A DNA stretch of 42,455 nucleotides from Flavobacteriales bacterium (GTDB lineage Bacteria; Bacteroidota; Bacteroidia; NS11-12g; UBA955): positions 1-42,455 of the forward strand of contig CANIZU010000001.1 in the NCBI GenBank assembly GCA_947472115.1, written 5' to 3'. The first letter of the stretch is position 1; every line of letters starts with the position of its first letter. A program made the translations under genes and the position numbers. Below are positions 7,222 to 16,883 of this stretch, one piece after another. Below the pieces are notes generated by a model. That model was not told where the DNA came from. It did not search any database and worked only from the letters and a program-made list of their open reading frames with translations.

Positions 7222-10139
7222 TTTCCGAGCATATTGGTGGTCTTATTCCCCAATTTTTCGCCTTCCTTGCGCGCCGCTTCCTCTATCTGCGTCGCCTTTT
7301 CATTGGCCTCGTTATCTATTTTATCTGCCTTCGCATTTCCCTCCGCCTCGATTTTGTCTGCCAATTTATACCCTTCGGCCCGTCCCGATCCGGCCTTTTG
7401 TTCAGCAGATTTCAATAACTTATCGGCGGCGGCCCGAGTAATTTTTTTCTTGATAGGATCCCCTGCCGCCGCCACCAATGCATCGGCTTCTTTCTTGGCT
7501 TTGTCCATCGCCATCGTATAAGCCTGGTCCGTTTTACTGCGCTGCTCATTCGCCAAATTCTTCGCTGCCTGTCTCACCTGCTCCGACTGTTGCCTTGCCG
7601 CATTTCGAAGTTGTTGCGCTTTCTCCCCCGCCACACGGTTGATTTCGTCTAATTTTTTATTGACCTCGTTCCCAATCTTATCCTTCGCCTTGTCGATCAA
7701 AGGTTTCGCATATTGCTGTGCCGCGCCACGCCAATCGATCGACATCTTAGGTTGCTTCACATCGCCCTCAATCAAAAATGGCAGCGCTTTGCCTTTCACC
7801 ATCATCTTACCGCCTAAATGCAATTGTTTGTTCAAGTCCATATATCCGCCCATTTTCATCGATGCGTCTTTCGGCAATGCCACCGAAATCGAATCCTTTA
7901 ATGTGATTTTGCCGTTCTCTATGCCAAATCCGGCTTTCGTGGGCTTCAGTGCAAGCTTGGCGTCCTTTCCCCATTGCAATTGCTTGGCCGCATCGCTCAT
8001 CCATGTTGGGATGTCCAATTGACCGCTGAATAAATCAAACAATCCCGAAGCCGTCATCGAACCCCAATCGGGAGATAACGACGGTGAAAAACTCAATCCT
8101 GCCGTGGTTTGCAAGTTGGCTAAGCCTTGAATCCGACCTAAAATTGGGGCGTATTCTTTTATCAGGCTCAATGTATTGGCGATGTCGGATGGGTTGACAT
8201 TTAATATGTTAAAGTCGGTCGTAAACTGCGGCTTGCCCCCCAAAGGATAGCTGTAAGCCATGTTTTTCAGTTCCACTTTTGAGCCCAAGAACAAGGCCGA
8301 TAGCGGATCAACGGTCACTTTGCCATTGGCGACATCCAGCTTCGCGGTGGCTTGTTGGAATTTGTAATCTTGGAAATTCAATTGGCCTACGTTCATGTTG
8401 AGCATCAGGTTGAGGTTTTCGGGGATGTGCGGGGCGGAAGTAGCGATCGCACCGCTGGAATTTGCTGCATCATCCTTATTGTCAGTCCCGGCCGAAGCCG
8501 CCTCGGAAGCAACCACAGAACCATTATTATTCGAAGCATTAGAGCTACCTGAAGCCTCCTTACCCATCGCACCCATCCATTCGTTTAGGTCGATGCTTGC
8601 GCTGTTCACAATTAGAGAACCCGACAAAGTCTCCTTATTTAAATAGTACCCCAACATGTTTTGGAGTTTTCCATTCAGGCTCATCGCCGATTTTCCATAC
8701 TGAATTCCATCGCCCAAAACAGCAAAATCGCTAGGACTCACGCTGAGTGTCAAGCTTTTCATCGCCAAAGGAAGCGAACCGGTCGCATTGTACTTGATTT
8801 GGTTCAGGGCGATGTTCCCGCTCGCTTGTAGGTCGTTGAATTCTTTCTTCGCGATGGCGCTGTAATGTCCATTAAACGCAAAATGGGCTTTCACCTCACC
8901 CGAAATATCTGTCCCCGATTCCAAAGGAATCAGCTTTTTCCATTCGTCCAAATGCAGGTCGATATCAATCTTTCCCTTCGCGTAAGGGTTGCTAACCGGC
9001 GTCTTTAGATCCAGTTCTACCGAAATTGGGTCGCCGCCCAGCATTGCTTTCAATGGAGCAACGACGATATGGGTGTTGTCTGGATTGCCATCTGTGTTGT
9101 CCATTAAGAAGTTCAGCGAAACGTCACTCGCGCTCGCCGGCATCCCAGGATATTGGAAACCTGCTTTACTTACGTTGATCTCAGCATGGGTAGAAGGCAT
9201 CCGCAAATCGTCCATGATCCCTTTCATCAGGAACACGAGTTTCAAACTTCCCGATGCGTTTACGTCGGCGAAATTCTCTGTGTAACAGCCAGGAACCACA
9301 CTCAGGAACGACTTAAAATCACTGTTGGATGTGCGCACATCGATGTCCATATCCATGTCCTTTTCACGCATTTCTATCCATCCCTTGGCTTGAAGTGGCA
9401 ACGCATTGATTTTGAATTCGTTGTCGGCGAATCCAAAACGCATCTTTTTCAAATCCATATCGATGTTTGTGTTCGCATCAATTTTGGCATCGCTCAGCAG
9501 CGTCATTCCACCATACGACATTGTAAACTGATCGATCAGCAGATCGTTTTTTAGGGTAAAAATCTCATCGGCAAAATCCCCATTGGCGTGCCAGTTGAGG
9601 CCGTTGCTGGTGATTTCGAAGTCCATGGAATGATCAATGTAGTGCAACCGTGTATTTTCGATGGAGAGGTCGTTTATTTTGATGGCAACAGACGCCGCAG
9701 CGGTGTCTTGGGGTTGCGTTCCGGCGGTTGTATCAGGTTTTGCGAGGTCGAAGTTGGCCGCGCCACTCTTCAAAAAGATCACTTGAGCCCGGGCATCGTT
9801 GATAGCAATTTTACGAATCACAACGGTTTCGCCTTTCCAAATAGAGGCCAGGTCGAGGACCAGTCGAATGCTCTTCGCATCGATCAAAGTATCTTGTGCA
9901 AAGGAATCCACGCCCACCACTTTTACATCTTGAATGCCCAGGCTAAGGTTAGGAAAATTGCGGAGTAAGCTCAGGGAGATATCGTCGTTGAAGCTGACTT
10001 TCGCATTCAGGTTGTTGTTGGCGGCTTCTTTCACGGCGGTGACAATTTTGCCTTTGAATAGAAACGGCAGAATGAAAAGCAGGGCGATAAGTGCTACAAG
10101 GCTGATGCCTGAGATTTTAGCGATTTTTTTGAAATTCAT
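7218..10139 (-). CDS. AsmA family protein with helical C-terminal tail
   Basis: N-terminal TM helix followed by LPFLFKGKI..N.NLNAKV.F..ISLSLLRNFPNLSL, a long beta-rich body and an Ala/Lys/Glu-rich helical tail. Start placed at MNFKK (10139). Confidence 0.85.
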   Translation of the reverse strand: MNFKKIAKISGISLVALIALLFILPFLFKGKIVTAVKEAANNNLNAKVSFNDDISLSLLRNFPNLSLGIQDVKVVGVDSFAQDTLIDAKSIRLVLDLASIWKGETVVIRKIAINDARAQVIFLKSGAANFDLAKPDTTAGTQPQDTAAASVAIKINDLSIENTRLHYIDHSMDFEITSNGLNWHANGDFADEIFTLKNDLLIDQFTMSYGGMTLLSDAKIDANTNIDMDLKKMRFGFADNEFKINALPLQAKGWIEMREKDMDMDIDVRTSNSDFKSFLSVVPGCYTENFADVNASGSLKLVFLMKGIMDDLRMPSTHAEINVSKAGFQYPGMPASASDVSLNFLMDNTDGNPDNTHIVVAPLKAMLGGDPISVELDLKTPVSNPYAKGKIDIDLHLDEWKKLIPLESGTDISGEVKAHFAFNGHYSAIAKKEFNDLQASGNIALNQIKYNATGSLPLAMKSLTLSVSPSDFAVLGDGIQYGKSAMSLNGKLQNMLGYYLNKETLSGSLIVNSASIDLNEWMGAMGKEASGSSNASNNNGSVVASEAASAGTDNKDDAANSSGAIATSAPHIPENLNLMLNMNVGQLNFQDYKFQQATAKLDVANGKVTVDPLSALFLGSKVELKNMAYSYPLGGKPQFTTDFNILNVNPSDIANTLSLIKEYAPILGRIQGLANLQTTAGLSFSPSLSPDWGSMTASGLFDLFSGQLDIPTWMSDAAKQLQWGKDAKLALKPTKAGFGIENGKITLKDSISVALPKDASMKMGGYMDLNKQLHLGGKMMVKGKALPFLIEGDVKQPKMSIDWRGAAQQYAKPLIDKAKDKIGNEVNKKLDEINRVAGEKAQQLRNAARQQSEQVRQAAKNLANEQRSKTDQAYTMAMDKAKKEADALVAAAGDPIKKKITRAAADKLLKSAEQKAGSGRAEGYKLADKIEAEGNAKADKIDNEANEKATQIEEAARKEGEKLGNKTTNMLGK

Positions 10140-10162
10140 GAGTAAAGTAGTTGCAAAAATAA

Positions 10163-11200
10163 TCAATGAGGGCGTTTGATAAACGTATCAACCCGTTTCT
10201 CCGCATTCTTCCGCACATCCAAATAGAACAAGTTGATGTCGCCGATGTGGTAGTTGGGATTCGTATAAAATCGACTACCCGGAAACTTTGGTTTAGTGAT
10301 CCATAAAATTCCGCCATGGACTTGGGCATCGCAAATTTTGGGTAGGGTGTTCGAAAAAGGCTTTAGAACGGCGCCCGCCTGCTTTGATTTGTCGATGTAT
10401 TCTTCGTTGAGTTCCCAGCTAATCGGATTCACACATACGGCGCGTTCCAATGCCAGCGGGTAATAAGGAGGTATATAACCTCGCTGGTAAGTGCTCCAGC
10501 TCAAAAAACATCCCGTAGCCGAATCATTGGCACAGGCGGGAAGACCCGGCAAGGAATCGTAAGGGACGGGCATGCCCACCAAATACGTGGCAACTAACTG
10601 CTGCTGCAACGGGGTGCCTAAAATATGCTCTTTGATGATGCGGGCCGCGTGAATGGTGCCCTGACTGTGCGATGCGATGATGATGGGCCGACCCTGATTC
10701 CAATGGGCCATATAGTAGAAAAATGCTTGCTCTACATCGTTGTAGGCGGTGTCGAGGGCGGCTTGTTTATCGTCTTTGTGCGGTGTCAGGAAAACGGAAT
10801 AATGGGCTTGACGGTATCGCGGGGCATAGATCTTTCCAGCGGCATTAAAGGCGGAGGCTTGGTATCGAATGGGACTTTCATCAACTGCATTATTCAGCGA
10901 TGCATCGCGCAGATCTTGGTTCCAGATGAATTCCGTTTTGGGCTTCTCAGTGTAGGTGGTTGGATGGATAAAGAACACGTCGGCCGGGGCATTGGCTTGG
11001 TTGTTTTTCAGGCCTCGAGGACAATCATCGGAGGGATCTTTTTTGGTGGGAAGGGCGCTCCAATTTTCTAGGTTTTGGTATTGGGGTGGGGGCGGACAAG
11101 GACTGAGAGAAAAACGCGTGGGGTTGCAATAGCCTTGAGCAAACGCATTGGATATCAGGATAGTAAGTAAGCTGAGTAATGAGACGATTCGTGTTGTCAT
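10163..11200 (-). CDS. DUF3089 family alpha/beta-hydrolase-like secreted protein
   Basis: Signal peptide; ADVFFIHPTTY, YAPRYRQA, nucleophile elbow ASHSQG, CVNP, YHIGD.NLFY. Confidence 0.85.
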   Translation of the reverse strand: MTTRIVSLLSLLTILISNAFAQGYCNPTRFSLSPCPPPPQYQNLENWSALPTKKDPSDDCPRGLKNNQANAPADVFFIHPTTYTEKPKTEFIWNQDLRDASLNNAVDESPIRYQASAFNAAGKIYAPRYRQAHYSVFLTPHKDDKQAALDTAYNDVEQAFFYYMAHWNQGRPIIIASHSQGTIHAARIIKEHILGTPLQQQLVATYLVGMPVPYDSLPGLPACANDSATGCFLSWSTYQRGYIPPYYPLALERAVCVNPISWELNEEYIDKSKQAGAVLKPFSNTLPKICDAQVHGGILWITKPKFPGSRFYTNPNYHIGDINLFYLDVRKNAEKRVDTFIKRPH

Positions 11201-11323
11201 GTCAAAATTTTATCGAAGATAAAGCGGAGATTGGAATTGGAAGTTACGTCAGAGTAAAGGATTTTGGTGGAATCAAAATGCAAGGGCGCGACTTTTTAAT
11301 TATATTCGTTCAAAAATAATACT

Positions 11324-11755
11324 ATGTATACTGGTTTGGTTCATTTACACAATTTGTTGCGCTGGGTGATTGTGATCACCTTGGTTTGGTCGTTGATCAA
11401 CGCTTTTAAAGGCAAAAATGGAAAAGAAACTCTGATAATGATGATTTCATCCCACGTGATGTTGCTGATCGGTTTGGTTCAGTGGGTTGGCGGCGATTGG
11501 GGCCTAAAGCAAATCAAGAGTTTGGGTATGGGTGAGGCGATGAAAAATGCTGCGATTCGATTTTTTGCGGTGGAACACTCAATGATGATGGTGATTGCGG
11601 TGGTTTTGATCACGATCGGACATCGTTCGGCGAAGGCGGCAAAGCCTAATACCAAATGGTTTTTGCTGGCAGCGCTGTTGATTATCCTCTTTATGATGCC
11701 AGGACCGTGGAAGTCAGATCCAGCTTTGCAGCGCGGATTGTTCCCCGGAATGTAA
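11324..11755 (+). CDS. Small membrane protein (Bacteroidota cytochrome b-like family)
   Basis: Four hydrophobic segments with conserved His: LHNLLRW, SHVMLLIG, RFFAVEH..MM..A..LITIG, and a PW..R.LF end. Confidence 0.75.
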   Translation: MYTGLVHLHNLLRWVIVITLVWSLINAFKGKNGKETLIMMISSHVMLLIGLVQWVGGDWGLKQIKSLGMGEAMKNAAIRFFAVEHSMMMVIAVVLITIGHRSAKAAKPNTKWFLLAALLIILFMMPGPWKSDPALQRGLFPGM

Positions 11756-11810
11756 AGGAGAGTATTTGTTGCTTCATATTTGGCAACATTTTTGATTAGT
11801 TTTCAGCCCT

Positions 11811-13277
11811 ATGAAATTCACCATCAAACAATCACTCTTATTGGGCTCCGCCCTGCTTTTTTTGTCGTTGATTTTTGGTTACACCGGCGCCTGGCTCTAC
11901 AATTCCAATGTGTTAAATCGCGCGTCTCATGGTCTGCAAATCGCCAGTGATGTGTCGATGGATCGTTCTGGAGTGCGGTCGATATCTGCGAATGGCGAAA
12001 TGCCTTCGGGTTTTGAGCAAGCTTCTGCATCGGCCACGCCCTCGGTGGTTTTCATTAAAACAGTGAGTACAGTGCAATACGATAGTCCTTTGAGTGGCTT
12101 GTTTTGGGATTTCGACCCCTTCGGTTCTCGCGGTCAGGCGGCCAGTACCGGCTCAGGTGTGATTGTGAGCAAAGACGGTTACATCGTAACCAATAACCAT
12201 GTGATCCAAGGGGCCGATAAAATCACCGTTGTGTTAAATAAGCCCAAAACGGAATATACCGCACGTGTGGTGGGCACCGACCCCAGTTCCGATTTGGCCG
12301 TGTTGAAAATCGAAGCTGTCAATCTGCCCGCCGTGGCCTTTGCCAATTCGGATTTGGTGAAAGTGGGTGAGTGGGTCCTTGCCGTGGGCAATCCCTTTAA
12401 TCTAACAAGTACCGTGACAGCCGGCATCGTGAGTGCCAAAGGCCGGAATATCAATATCGTAAAAAATCAGTTCCCCATAGAGAGTTTTATTCAGACCGAT
12501 GCGGCCATCAACCCAGGTAATTCAGGGGGTGCGCTGGTGAATCTTCGCGGCGAGTTGGTGGGCATCAATACCGCCATTCAAAGCAATACCGGCAGTTATT
12601 CGGGCTATGGTTTCGCCATTCCAGCCAATATCGTCATGAAAGTTGTCGCCGATTTGATGGACAATGGCGTGGTTTTGCGTGCTTTTTCGGGGATGACGGT
12701 CGGCGAGATGACCTCCGAAGAGATGAAGCGCTACAACCTTGGGACCGATGCGGTGAAGGTGGTGGATTTGCTAGAGGATGGACCTGCGGCTAAGTCGGGC
12801 TTGCAAATTGGCGATGTGATTACCCACATGGGCGGCGTTTTTGTGGATGGCAAACCGATGTTTGATGAGCATTTGGCTTACAAACGTCCCGGACAGGATT
12901 TGGATCTTACGGTGTTGCGGGCGGGTAAAACGTTGACGGTAAAACTGGTGCTGATTGGCAAAACCGAGAATCAGGCGTTGTTGATGAAAGGCGCGGTGAA
13001 TAGCAAATTGCTGGGCGCGGATTTTCAGCCGCTGGGGGAGACGGATAAGGTGAAATTGGGTCTAACATCCGGCATCCGATTGATCAACATTCAGAGGGGG
13101 AAAACCATCGCTCAAATGGGACTGGGCGAAGGCTTTGTGGTGGTAAAGTTCAATGGGAAATCGTATAGCGAGCCTGAGGATTTGATTTCTGCGATGGAAG
13201 GTGCGCGCGGCAAGATCGAAATCGTGGGGAAAGACCGCAACGGCAGCAACCAGAGCTTTAGCTTTTATAGTTATTGA
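11811..13277 (+). CDS. htrA: HtrA/DegP trypsin-like serine protease with PDZ domains
   Basis: GSGVIVS, TNNHVI, SDLAVLKI, IQTDAAINPGNSGG, followed by two PDZ-like domains. Confidence 0.93.
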   Translation: MKFTIKQSLLLGSALLFLSLIFGYTGAWLYNSNVLNRASHGLQIASDVSMDRSGVRSISANGEMPSGFEQASASATPSVVFIKTVSTVQYDSPLSGLFWDFDPFGSRGQAASTGSGVIVSKDGYIVTNNHVIQGADKITVVLNKPKTEYTARVVGTDPSSDLAVLKIEAVNLPAVAFANSDLVKVGEWVLAVGNPFNLTSTVTAGIVSAKGRNINIVKNQFPIESFIQTDAAINPGNSGGALVNLRGELVGINTAIQSNTGSYSGYGFAIPANIVMKVVADLMDNGVVLRAFSGMTVGEMTSEEMKRYNLGTDAVKVVDLLEDGPAAKSGLQIGDVITHMGGVFVDGKPMFDEHLAYKRPGQDLDLTVLRAGKTLTVKLVLIGKTENQALLMKGAVNSKLLGADFQPLGETDKVKLGLTSGIRLINIQRGKTIAQMGLGEGFVVVKFNGKSYSEPEDLISAMEGARGKIEIVGKDRNGSNQSFSFYSY

Positions 13278-13298
13278 TTGCGTCCCGACCCAAAAGAA

Positions 13299-13306
13299 TA
13301 TCTTTG
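13299..13306 (+). promoter_or_regulatory. Bacteroidota -7 promoter element TATCTTTG, 4 nt before the kdsA ATG
   Basis: Exact match to the TAnnTTTG consensus. Confidence 0.7.
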
Positions 13307-13310
13307 CAGT

Positions 13311-14123
13311 ATGAACCCTGCAATTCCGAATTTACATTTTGCCGATTCCAACCGTTTTTTTGTGATGGCCGGACCTTGTGCTATTGAAGGCCGCGACATG
13401 GCATTTGAAATTGCGGAGCATTTGGTGGGCGTGAGTGAGCGCTTGCAATTGCCCCTGATTTTCAAAGGCAGTTACCGCAAGGCAAATCGTTCGCGGATGG
13501 ACTCGTTTACGGGCATCGGTGATGAAAAGGCGTTGCAGATTTTGGCCGAAGTGGGGGCACATTTCGGGATTCCTACGGTGACAGACATTCATGAATCTCA
13601 TGAGGCAGCTATGGCGGCGGAGTATGTCGATGTGTTGCAGATTCCAGCGTTTTTATTCCGACAGACAGAGTTGCTTGCGGCGGCGGCACGCACCGGAAAA
13701 TGGGTAAATATCAAGAAGGGTCAGTTTGCCGGCCCCGATGCCATGAAACACGCCATGCAGAAATGTGTGGATTGCGGGAATGATCGAGTGATGCTAACCG
13801 ACCGTGGAAATATGTTCGGCTACGGCGATATGGTCGTGGATTTTCGCAACATTCCGCAGATGCAACAGTTCGGCGCACCTGTGATTATGGATATAACCCA
13901 CAGTTTACAGCAGCCCAATCAAAGTTCTGGGGTTACGGGTGGCAAGCCTGAGCTGATCGAAACCATTGCCAAAGCTGCGATTGCTGTGGGTTGCAATGGT
14001 TTGTTTATCGAAACGCATCCTGATCCTTCTGTTGCCAAAAGCGATGGCGCCAATATGTTGCCATTGAATCAGTTTGAAGGTCTGATGCAAAAATTGATTC
14101 GCGTTCGCGAATCAATTTTATAA
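13311..14123 (+). CDS. kdsA: KDO 8-phosphate synthase
   Basis: AGPCAIE, FKGSYRKANRS, TDIHE, LQIPAFL.RQT, NIKKGQF, DITHSLQ, FIETHPDP..AKSDG. ATG 13311 preferred over TTG 13278. Confidence 0.95.
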   Translation: MNPAIPNLHFADSNRFFVMAGPCAIEGRDMAFEIAEHLVGVSERLQLPLIFKGSYRKANRSRMDSFTGIGDEKALQILAEVGAHFGIPTVTDIHESHEAAMAAEYVDVLQIPAFLFRQTELLAAAARTGKWVNIKKGQFAGPDAMKHAMQKCVDCGNDRVMLTDRGNMFGYGDMVVDFRNIPQMQQFGAPVIMDITHSLQQPNQSSGVTGGKPELIETIAKAAIAVGCNGLFIETHPDPSVAKSDGANMLPLNQFEGLMQKLIRVRESIL

Positions 14124-16883
14124 TTACTTCTTTTTCTTCTCGTCGGCAGGCTTGTCTGCGGGTGCAGCATCTCCATCGGCTGGAGCAGCAGCATCGCCGC
14201 CTTCCGCACCTGGCTTTACCTTCGCAGGTCGGGCTGGTCTAGCTGGACGTTCTTTCTTTGGCGCCTTCTTCGGAATCAAAATGTACTCCGCATCTGTCAA
14301 ATAAGATTCAGACTTGAACACCTTGAAGAAGCTCTTGCCTAAGGTAGGCTGATCTACTTTGTCGGTGATTTGGAAAGTGACGTTATTGATCACAAATCCG
14401 TTGATCTCCAATTTGTTGATCATGAACTTGTTGCTTGGCAACTTGGTCTTACCCACTTTCAATTTTTCGCCTTCCAAGAAGTCTTTCTTAATAATCAACT
14501 TCTCTTTGTACCACTGAGCGGCTACTTCCAAAGGAACCGCTGTGTATTTGCCGTCGATGTCAAATGCAAACGCAGTAGGGTCTTTATCCAACACCATCGC
14601 TGTGATGGTTGGCTTGCCAGCATTGTTGCCCAATTTAGCATGAACTGCATAGGAGATATCTAAACCGTTAACAACAGGAGCATCAGCCGCTTTTTTGGCT
14701 TTCTCCGCGCTGTCTTTTTCTTGCTTACCGATGTTGGTGTTGTTGATATCGACATCCTGATTCACTATCGCGCGAGAGATCTGACCTTCAAATCCGAAAC
14801 GAACGGTAGTTCTCCGGTTTTGTTGGTGCTGGAATTCATCACAAGCAACAAATGGCTTCTCATTCACGAATTTGATTTCAGAAGGTTTGTAGCGCTCGTA
14901 GTAACTCTTAACAACGTTACCCGCCGCATCCTTCTCAATCACCATCTTCTTTGTTCTGCCTTCAATATAAGGCGTAAGACCTGCTACTTCGCCGCCTTCA
15001 CACTTACAATCGTTGATCAACTGCATCTCACCATAACCACGGGCCACGATACGTGACGAATCGATTTTCCAGGTTTTCATCAAGTAGGTACGAGCACTGT
15101 CGGCACGACGTTGAGCCAATTTCACGTTGTAATCATAGCTAGAACGACAATCTGTATGAGATCCCAATTCCGTGATCAATTTAGGGTAACGCATCAAAAC
15201 TGTCTGAGCGAAAGTATCCAACACACGGGCTGCATCGCTACGAATGAATGCTTTGTCCAAATCATAGAAGATCGGAAGGGTGATCACCTTCTCCAATGGG
15301 TTTTCCAAACAGAAATCTTGCACCAACTCCGTGCTTAAACGGATACCATAAGTGGTTTTTTGTGCAGGTTCTGCTTCAAAGTAGTATTTCTCGGGGTATT
15401 TAGAGAAGATCTCGTAGTTGGTTTTTTCGCGCAATTTGGCTGTGTAAACCCCTTGATCATCGGCCTTCAATACCATTTTCGTGGTATCGCGGTCGTTCGT
15501 CAAAATCACCGTAGCACCGGCCAAAGGCTTTTTGGTGTTACAATCGGTAATGATACCGCGAATCGTAATAATGATAGGCGTGATATCGAACGAGTAAATA
15601 TCATCGTTGTTCTTTTTGTCGCCACGGTTACTACTAAAGAAACCTTTGTTGGCATTGCCCTCCATGAAAGTGATACCGAAGTCGTCACCACCTGAGTTGA
15701 TAGGCTCACGCATGTTTTCGCGCTCTCTCCAAACCCCGATTTCATCGGTAGGTTCGGCGTTGTTGATGTCCAAACCACCTAGCGTAGGCCATCCGTCTGA
15801 CGACCAATACAATTTAGTGTCGTGCTGGTTGAAGTAAGGATAGTACTCGTTTCCACGGGTGTTGATGTCTGGTCCTAAGTTAATAGGATTTCCCCATGAC
15901 TTTGAGCGTTTGCTGTAAGTAACGGCCCAAATATCAAATCCTCCCAAGCCACCTTCTCGGTTGGATGAGAAATACAATGTCTTGCCGTCAGGACTCAAAG
16001 CGGGGTGACCATAGGTATGGCCGGTATCTTCTTTGCAGAATTCTAGCGCTTCACCCAAAATCCATTCTGGGCCCACTTTTTTCAATTCGTAGATGGCACA
16101 TTTTTCCGATAAGCCTTTTTCACGGTGACCACACTGGGTGACATACATTGTGCTAAAGCGGCTATCGAAAGTCATTGGACCGTCGTTGGCTTTGGTACTG
16201 ATTTTATCGGTTTTGTCTTTGTATTGTGGAGCTCCCCACTTTTCTTTTCCTTTTTTACCTGTCTTTTCGATGCTCCAAATGTCAGTCCATGTTTCCATGG
16301 TTCCTTCGTATAAACGCTTGCTATTTCCGCCTTCACGATCCGAAACGAAGAACAATACATCGTCTTTTTTGCCGGCAATCATAGGCGACCAATCGTTGGC
16401 TTTTGTGTTGGCCGGTTTGAATGGCGCGACTTCGAATTGTGAGCTGTCATCGGTCCACTGCAGGGCCAATTCACAGCCTTGCTTGCGGACTTCTGCCATC
16501 GTGTCGCCTGGGACTTCCGCCAAGTAAACATCATATGCATCCAGTGCTGAAGGGTAATTTCCTGTCTTCTTGAGGAGGTTGGCTCTCATCAAAAGGGCTT
16601 TGGTGTTTTTTGGGTCAGACTTCAGGACTTTGTCGTACAAGCGAAGGGCTTTGTCGTACTCATCTGAAAGACGATAGGCTTCTGCTGCATAGTAAATCGC
16701 ATCGGCTTTTAGTTTTTTGTCTTTGGTTGATTTTGAAAACTCTTCAAAAATGATGGCCGACTGGCGATAGTAGCCTTGTTTGAACAGCTTGTCGGCTTCT
16801 TCGTATTTGGGTTTACAACCAGTTGCATAAAATGCAATGGCAATCAAAACGAGGGTAAAAATGGAGCTATATTTTGTACGCAT
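14124..16883 (-). CDS. PorE-like lipoprotein: TPR + PD40 beta-propeller + carboxypeptidase-regulatory-like + OmpA_C + extra retropepsin-like C-terminal domain
   Basis: Lipobox ATG-C after MRTKYSSIFTLVLIAIAFY; TPR repeats; HPALSPDGKTLYFSSNREGG.GGFDIW; IFYDLDK..IR; ELGSHTDCR..YN.KLAQRRA; RGYGE; NRRT. Confidence 0.88.
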   Translation of the reverse strand: MRTKYSSIFTLVLIAIAFYATGCKPKYEEADKLFKQGYYRQSAIIFEEFSKSTKDKKLKADAIYYAAEAYRLSDEYDKALRLYDKVLKSDPKNTKALLMRANLLKKTGNYPSALDAYDVYLAEVPGDTMAEVRKQGCELALQWTDDSSQFEVAPFKPANTKANDWSPMIAGKKDDVLFFVSDREGGNSKRLYEGTMETWTDIWSIEKTGKKGKEKWGAPQYKDKTDKISTKANDGPMTFDSRFSTMYVTQCGHREKGLSEKCAIYELKKVGPEWILGEALEFCKEDTGHTYGHPALSPDGKTLYFSSNREGGLGGFDIWAVTYSKRSKSWGNPINLGPDINTRGNEYYPYFNQHDTKLYWSSDGWPTLGGLDINNAEPTDEIGVWRERENMREPINSGGDDFGITFMEGNANKGFFSSNRGDKKNNDDIYSFDITPIIITIRGIITDCNTKKPLAGATVILTNDRDTTKMVLKADDQGVYTAKLREKTNYEIFSKYPEKYYFEAEPAQKTTYGIRLSTELVQDFCLENPLEKVITLPIFYDLDKAFIRSDAARVLDTFAQTVLMRYPKLITELGSHTDCRSSYDYNVKLAQRRADSARTYLMKTWKIDSSRIVARGYGEMQLINDCKCEGGEVAGLTPYIEGRTKKMVIEKDAAGNVVKSYYERYKPSEIKFVNEKPFVACDEFQHQQNRRTTVRFGFEGQISRAIVNQDVDINNTNIGKQEKDSAEKAKKAADAPVVNGLDISYAVHAKLGNNAGKPTITAMVLDKDPTAFAFDIDGKYTAVPLEVAAQWYKEKLIIKKDFLEGEKLKVGKTKLPSNKFMINKLEINGFVINNVTFQITDKVDQPTLGKSFFKVFKSESYLTDAEYILIPKKAPKKERPARPARPAKVKPGAEGGDAAAPADGDAAPADKPADEKKKK

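Noticed and set aside
8190..8215. dif-like sequence (..ATATGTTAAAG), considered because xerD and ftsK are in the window
   Set aside because: It lies inside the asmA coding sequence, has mismatches in the XerD arm and has no plausible XerC arm.
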